64,000 nt of DNA, from NCBI GenBank assembly GCA_012026655.1, contig JAAILG010000119.1, positions 62,001 through 126,000 of the forward strand. The letters are read 5' to 3'. Each line of letters begins with the position of its first letter. Within the stretch, counting starts at the first letter, position 1. Below the pieces are notes generated by a model. It was given only the letters and a program-made list of their open reading frames with translations. It searched no databases and was not told the origin of the DNA. Source of the DNA: Hydrolagus affinis (Eukaryota). This document shows positions 60,116 to 64,000 of this stretch, piece by piece. Made by a program: the position numbers and the translations under genes.

Positions 60116-61559
60116 GCTAATACTGCAGTAAGGAATCCTCCTCTACTGATCTGCACTGTTCACCCCTCACCCAGACCGATCATTCCATCCACTGGTGCCA
60201 AACTGCCCTTTTTTCTTCATCCAAAGAGTAATTAGCAACTGGAACAGATCACCAGGAAGCGTGGATGAGGCCAGAACTCATTTAAAAAGCAGCTTTGATG
60301 TTCTTCTTGAAGGGATGATGGTGGAGTCAGTACTCAGGAATATTGAGATCAGGTGGACTGTAGAGCCATTGCTCTTCTGAACCAACTCTGTAACGTTTGA
60401 TCATTCGAAGTTCTGACTGTGGCCCTGGATTCTTGTCAAACACAAAGCGTAGGTTTCAGCACCTCCCAATGATGAGTGTTGACTTTCCACGTCCGGATGT
60501 TGAGATTGAAGCACTGACTGATGGTCCCACAGGGAGCTCTGGATCTCAGACGTGGCACTGCCCTGGTCAATCGTCCTGAAAATCCATCAGGATTAGTGTC
60601 ACAATTTGGGGATTTCTGAAACACTTTTACCAAAGGGAACTCCAGAATCCCAGTTTTCCATCTGGTATTGGTGCTCTCCAAATCCCACGATTGCTACCCC
60701 GAGTCAGGAGGTTACACAAACACTGACAACAACAACAATTTGCATTCAAATATGGAAAATGGCACAGTTGATTTGAAGGCTTAATCACAGGTTGGCTGAA
60801 TCCACAGCTTTATGCACTGGATGAATTTTGTGACTATATTAATTTGTTGCTCGTTCCCTCCTCCCTCATGCCCTCCCACATAGTGGTGCAGAGGCGTTGG
60901 TTTGAAAGCAGTTTGGATGTGAAACATAATGAGCACTTAAAGCTTCAGTGTTTAGATCCCTGTACAGGTGGGATCAAAAGCAAAACATTACATTTAGAAA
61001 TGACTAAAGGGGAGCAGTGTTGGGGGGGTGGGCGGACAGAAGAGAAGAGAAAAAACATGTTTGTCTGAAAGTGGACAAAAAATTTGTGCAGCACAATGGG
61101 ATGTAGGAAGTTAGCGCGAAGGGTATTCCAAAAGACATGAAGTATGAATCTTAATAGTTTTCAGCAAGTTTGGCTCTTGCTAAATTTGCTCCTTCAGCAA
61201 ACGAACATTTCCTTTCCACACACTTCCTTTCCTATTGTCCAAAAAACTTATTATTTTTATACAGTGTTTCTACACAAAGCACAGTTCTTTAAAGTTACTC
61301 TTAATAACAAGAACAATTTTCATTTATATAGCGCCCTTCACTCAGTACAATGTGTCAGAGCACTTAAGAGTGGCGGAGCCTGGGGCCGAACCAGAGGGGA
61401 GACAGGTGATAACAAGCACGGTCGAAGAGGAAGGTCTCCAGTCGGGATCCAGCAGAAGGGAAGGAGGGGCAAGGCGCGGGGATTTGGAGAGAGTTTCATG
61501 GCTTCCAAAATAATTTCATGCCCAACATTGATAATTACAATCAGTGTTACAATCAGATA

Positions 61560-61843
61560 ATCTCCTTACAAGCGTGAGACCCCATGTTTGAATCCAGGCA
61601 GGGAGACGAAACCTTGGGCGAGTTTCCTTACTCCACGCGCCTAATAATAATCCCTCCAAAAAAAATGATAAAATTGGTCATTTCAATCCATGACTGTTTG
61701 TGGGACACCGCTGTGCATAATTGGCTGCCGAGTTACGCCCACAAATGTCCAGTCAATTCACTTTACATATTCTGTGAAGCGCTTTGAGACGTCCAGAAGA
61801 TGTGTAAAGCATTAGATCAAATGCGAGAATTATTATTATTATT
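61560..61843 (+). mobile_element. tRNA-derived SINE (more pieces at about 62925-63040 minus and 63415-63575 plus)
   Basis: Family body and (tta)n tail. Confidence 0.85.
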
Positions 61844-61917
61844 ACAATTGTTCAAACACGAGTTAAAGTGATTCAAACGACCAAATCAAGAAGGATAAGG
61901 ATAGCAGCCGGACATAC

Positions 61918-61982
61918 CTTTCCTCGGTGCAAGTCAAAGTCTCGATCTCGCTCATGACTTCAGCTATCTCATCTTTCAACTT
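61918..61982 (-). CDS. CYTH3: CYTH3 exon 3 (KLKDEIAEVMSEIETLTCTEE)
   Basis: gcag|AAG...AG|gtatgt, 65 bp. Confidence 0.95.
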
Positions 61983-62266
61983 CTGCAAGACAAACAAGGC
62001 CTTTCAACATTAGCCGGCAACACACGCTGAGCAGCAGCTGCGAGAGATGACTTGCCTTAAGGCAACACTTCTTTCCCCTGCAAGTCAGCCCTCAAACAGA
62101 GGAAGTCGCTTACCAAAGGCAAAAAAGGTTTCATAAAAGCTTAACAATTCCTCATATGGCAAGCAGCTGTAGATGGGACTGTAGAGCACAAAATAAATCC
62201 CCCTCCACGAGGTTTTGCACCCTCAGGGATTTTAAACGTATTCTCTCCATTTAGGATTTTCCAGGG

Positions 62267-62270
<4 letters not shown>

Positions 62271-62302
<32 letters not shown>
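62271..62302. repeat. (GA)16 microsatellite
   Basis: Visible dinucleotide run. Confidence 0.95.
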
Positions 62303-62306
<4 letters not shown>

Positions 62307-62711
62307 TGCAGCGTTTGAGACACAATAATAAGCCAGATGGGCTACGGGCCCAAACTAAACAAAAGGGTCTATTGGCTGACTCTTCACCAGCCTCTCATCC
62401 AAAACAGAATGGCAAACGCATGGCAACGAGTTTAGCACCAGCAATGAAAATGTAATCGGTGCAGATTACGAGAGATAAAGCCAGTCTTGATATTGCATCC
62501 AGAGCATTCGTGGCCTGATATACTCCAGGCTCCTCTATCGTGTGTTTAGGGGGATACAAAGTGTGGAGGAAGATGATGTTTGCGAAATCACATAACTTGC
62601 ATTGATAAAATTACCGCTGGTTATGAATGAGTTTAGCGCATTTTCATACATAACTGCACAAGACAAAAATAATCCCGATTTAGCAGACTTAAACCGAGTT
62701 ACCCAAATCAC

Positions 62712-62794
62712 CTCAATGTCAGCCATCAGTTCCTTCTTCCTTCTCCTGATATTATCCAGCTCTTCTCGTTCCTCAAAGCAGAGGTCAGCAGGCA
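62712..62794 (-). CDS. CYTH3: CYTH3 exon 2 (PADLCFEEREELDNIRRRKKELMADIE)
   Basis: acag|TG...GAG|gtgatt, 83 bp. Confidence 0.95.
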
Positions 62795-64000
62795 CTGTGA
62801 TGGGAATAACAGAGATTTGATTTCTTCCGTTTCCTAATTTGCTGTTTTAGTGGCACATTAAAAAAAAATGGCATTTCGTTTTATATTTTGAAAAGTTATC
62901 TGATAAACGCCCGATGCAGTAAGAATGGCGGCCAATTGCGTCGCACGGCAGTGTCCCGTGTGGAGTAAGGAAACGTCCCCTGCCTGCAATCGAACCCAGG
63001 TCTCTCGCTTGTCAGGCAAGCTCCAACCACTGAGCTACACGACCCCCACACGCCTCCGAATAAAACCCACTTAGCTATACACATGTTTCACAGATAGCGG
63101 CGCAGAACAAGATCAATAAACCTGATTGAAGCACACACAACTCAACACTCATTAGCACTGTCAGCAGGCCCCCATCAGTCTAATTCTCCACAGCATTTCT
63201 TCCAAGCGAAAAACCATGGCCGGCACCATCGAAAATTGTTTTGTTGCATTTGTCGATACGTGCCACACCCATTCACTTTCAAACACCCGTATACCTCCCA
63301 ACCAAGTACCGTGTACATCACAATGTACATTACAAACTTGTGTCCATAGAGTAGACCCTTCTCTTGTATCACTGACTCGTGAACGAACCAACAATAAAAA
63401 TGTTACAAAACACTTGGGTTACTCAATCCGCGGCTGTTTGCGGGACACCGCTGTGCAAAACTGGCCGCTGCGTTTCGCCCACAAAATACACAGTCACTTC
63501 ACAATGCAATCCATGAAGCGCTTTGATTCAACTCAATGACTTGATAAAGCACTAGATCAAATGCAAGGATTATTAAGCGGAGGCGGGGTGGCCCTCATCT
63601 CCAAAACTTCCCTCGGTCTTTCCCCGTATTCCTCTGGCTGCTTTCCCTCTTTCGAGCACCTCATCCGGAGGGAGAGCGAAGTCGCAATATACCCAATATA
63701 GTCAGCAATATTGCGCAGGAAGCCTACTCCAGGTCAGGCAGCTGTTCACAACCATTACAGATTTTCCAAAGCAGTTTGAGGTTTACAATATAAAGAACAA
63801 TTGCAGGCTGCTGCACATACAGGATGTGAAGCAGCTATCGCAATAAACCATTCCTCATTTACTGTCAGGAAATGAGACAAAAAAAAAAAAAAATTGCGGA
63901 CATTTTCTGGACAGGCTTTGCTTGTCTGCACTGTCTCTCTCTCTCGCTCTCTAATGACTGTAATTTTAGGGATTAATCAGTCGATACACATTATTGCAAA

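Larger units (their letters stand above)
47688..62794 (-). other. CYTH3: CYTH3 (cytohesin-3/GRP1, ARF-GEF) gene span, exons 2-13; exon 1 not found in the window
   Basis: Coiled coil, Sec7 ([14 protein letters not shown]), PH domain, C-terminus DPFYDMLATRKRRIANKK* typical of cytohesin-3; tail-to-tail with USP42. Confidence 0.96.

Noticed and set aside
14550-62794. Assignment as the paralogous pair USP36/CYTH1
   Set aside because: The MTIVDK start, the LATRKRRIANKK C-terminus and adjacency to EIF2AK1 fit USP42/CYTH3.
63161-63394. ORFs upstream of CYTH3 exon 2 as possible exon 1
   Set aside because: No convincing phase-1 donor after an ATG and no similarity to cytohesin N-termini.

Overview
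Eukaryotic, intron-rich vertebrate DNA, most likely from a cartilaginous fish. This is inferred from the repeat landscape: tRNA-head/Deu-domain SINEs with L2-like tails, plus L2 and CR1 LINE fragments. It carries the conserved synteny block EIF2AK1(HRI, minus) <- CpG island -> USP42 (plus) -> <- CYTH3 (minus). I rebuilt the exons by hand using GT-AG boundaries and phase continuity. EIF2AK1 exons 1-11 give 502 codons, and the gene runs off the left edge after HRDLK. USP42 is complete, with 18 coding exons (about 1546 aa) and a 3'UTR intron. CYTH3 exons 2-13 are present, including the 3-nt GAG microexon of the di-/tri-glycine PH switch. I see no new gene family or prokaryote-type system. The best leads are: turnover of the recalled mammalian heme-ligand residues in HRI, with a new N-terminal Cys-Pro motif; the microexon with its UGC/TGCATG context; a 76-nt pre-miRNA-like intronic hairpin; a tandemly duplicated CTCF-like unit in the bidirectional promoter; uORFs on both divergent genes; a candidate internal CYTH3 first exon; and nested transposons. 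Comparisons with human proteins rely on recalled sequences, not database searches. Repeat boundaries are approximate.
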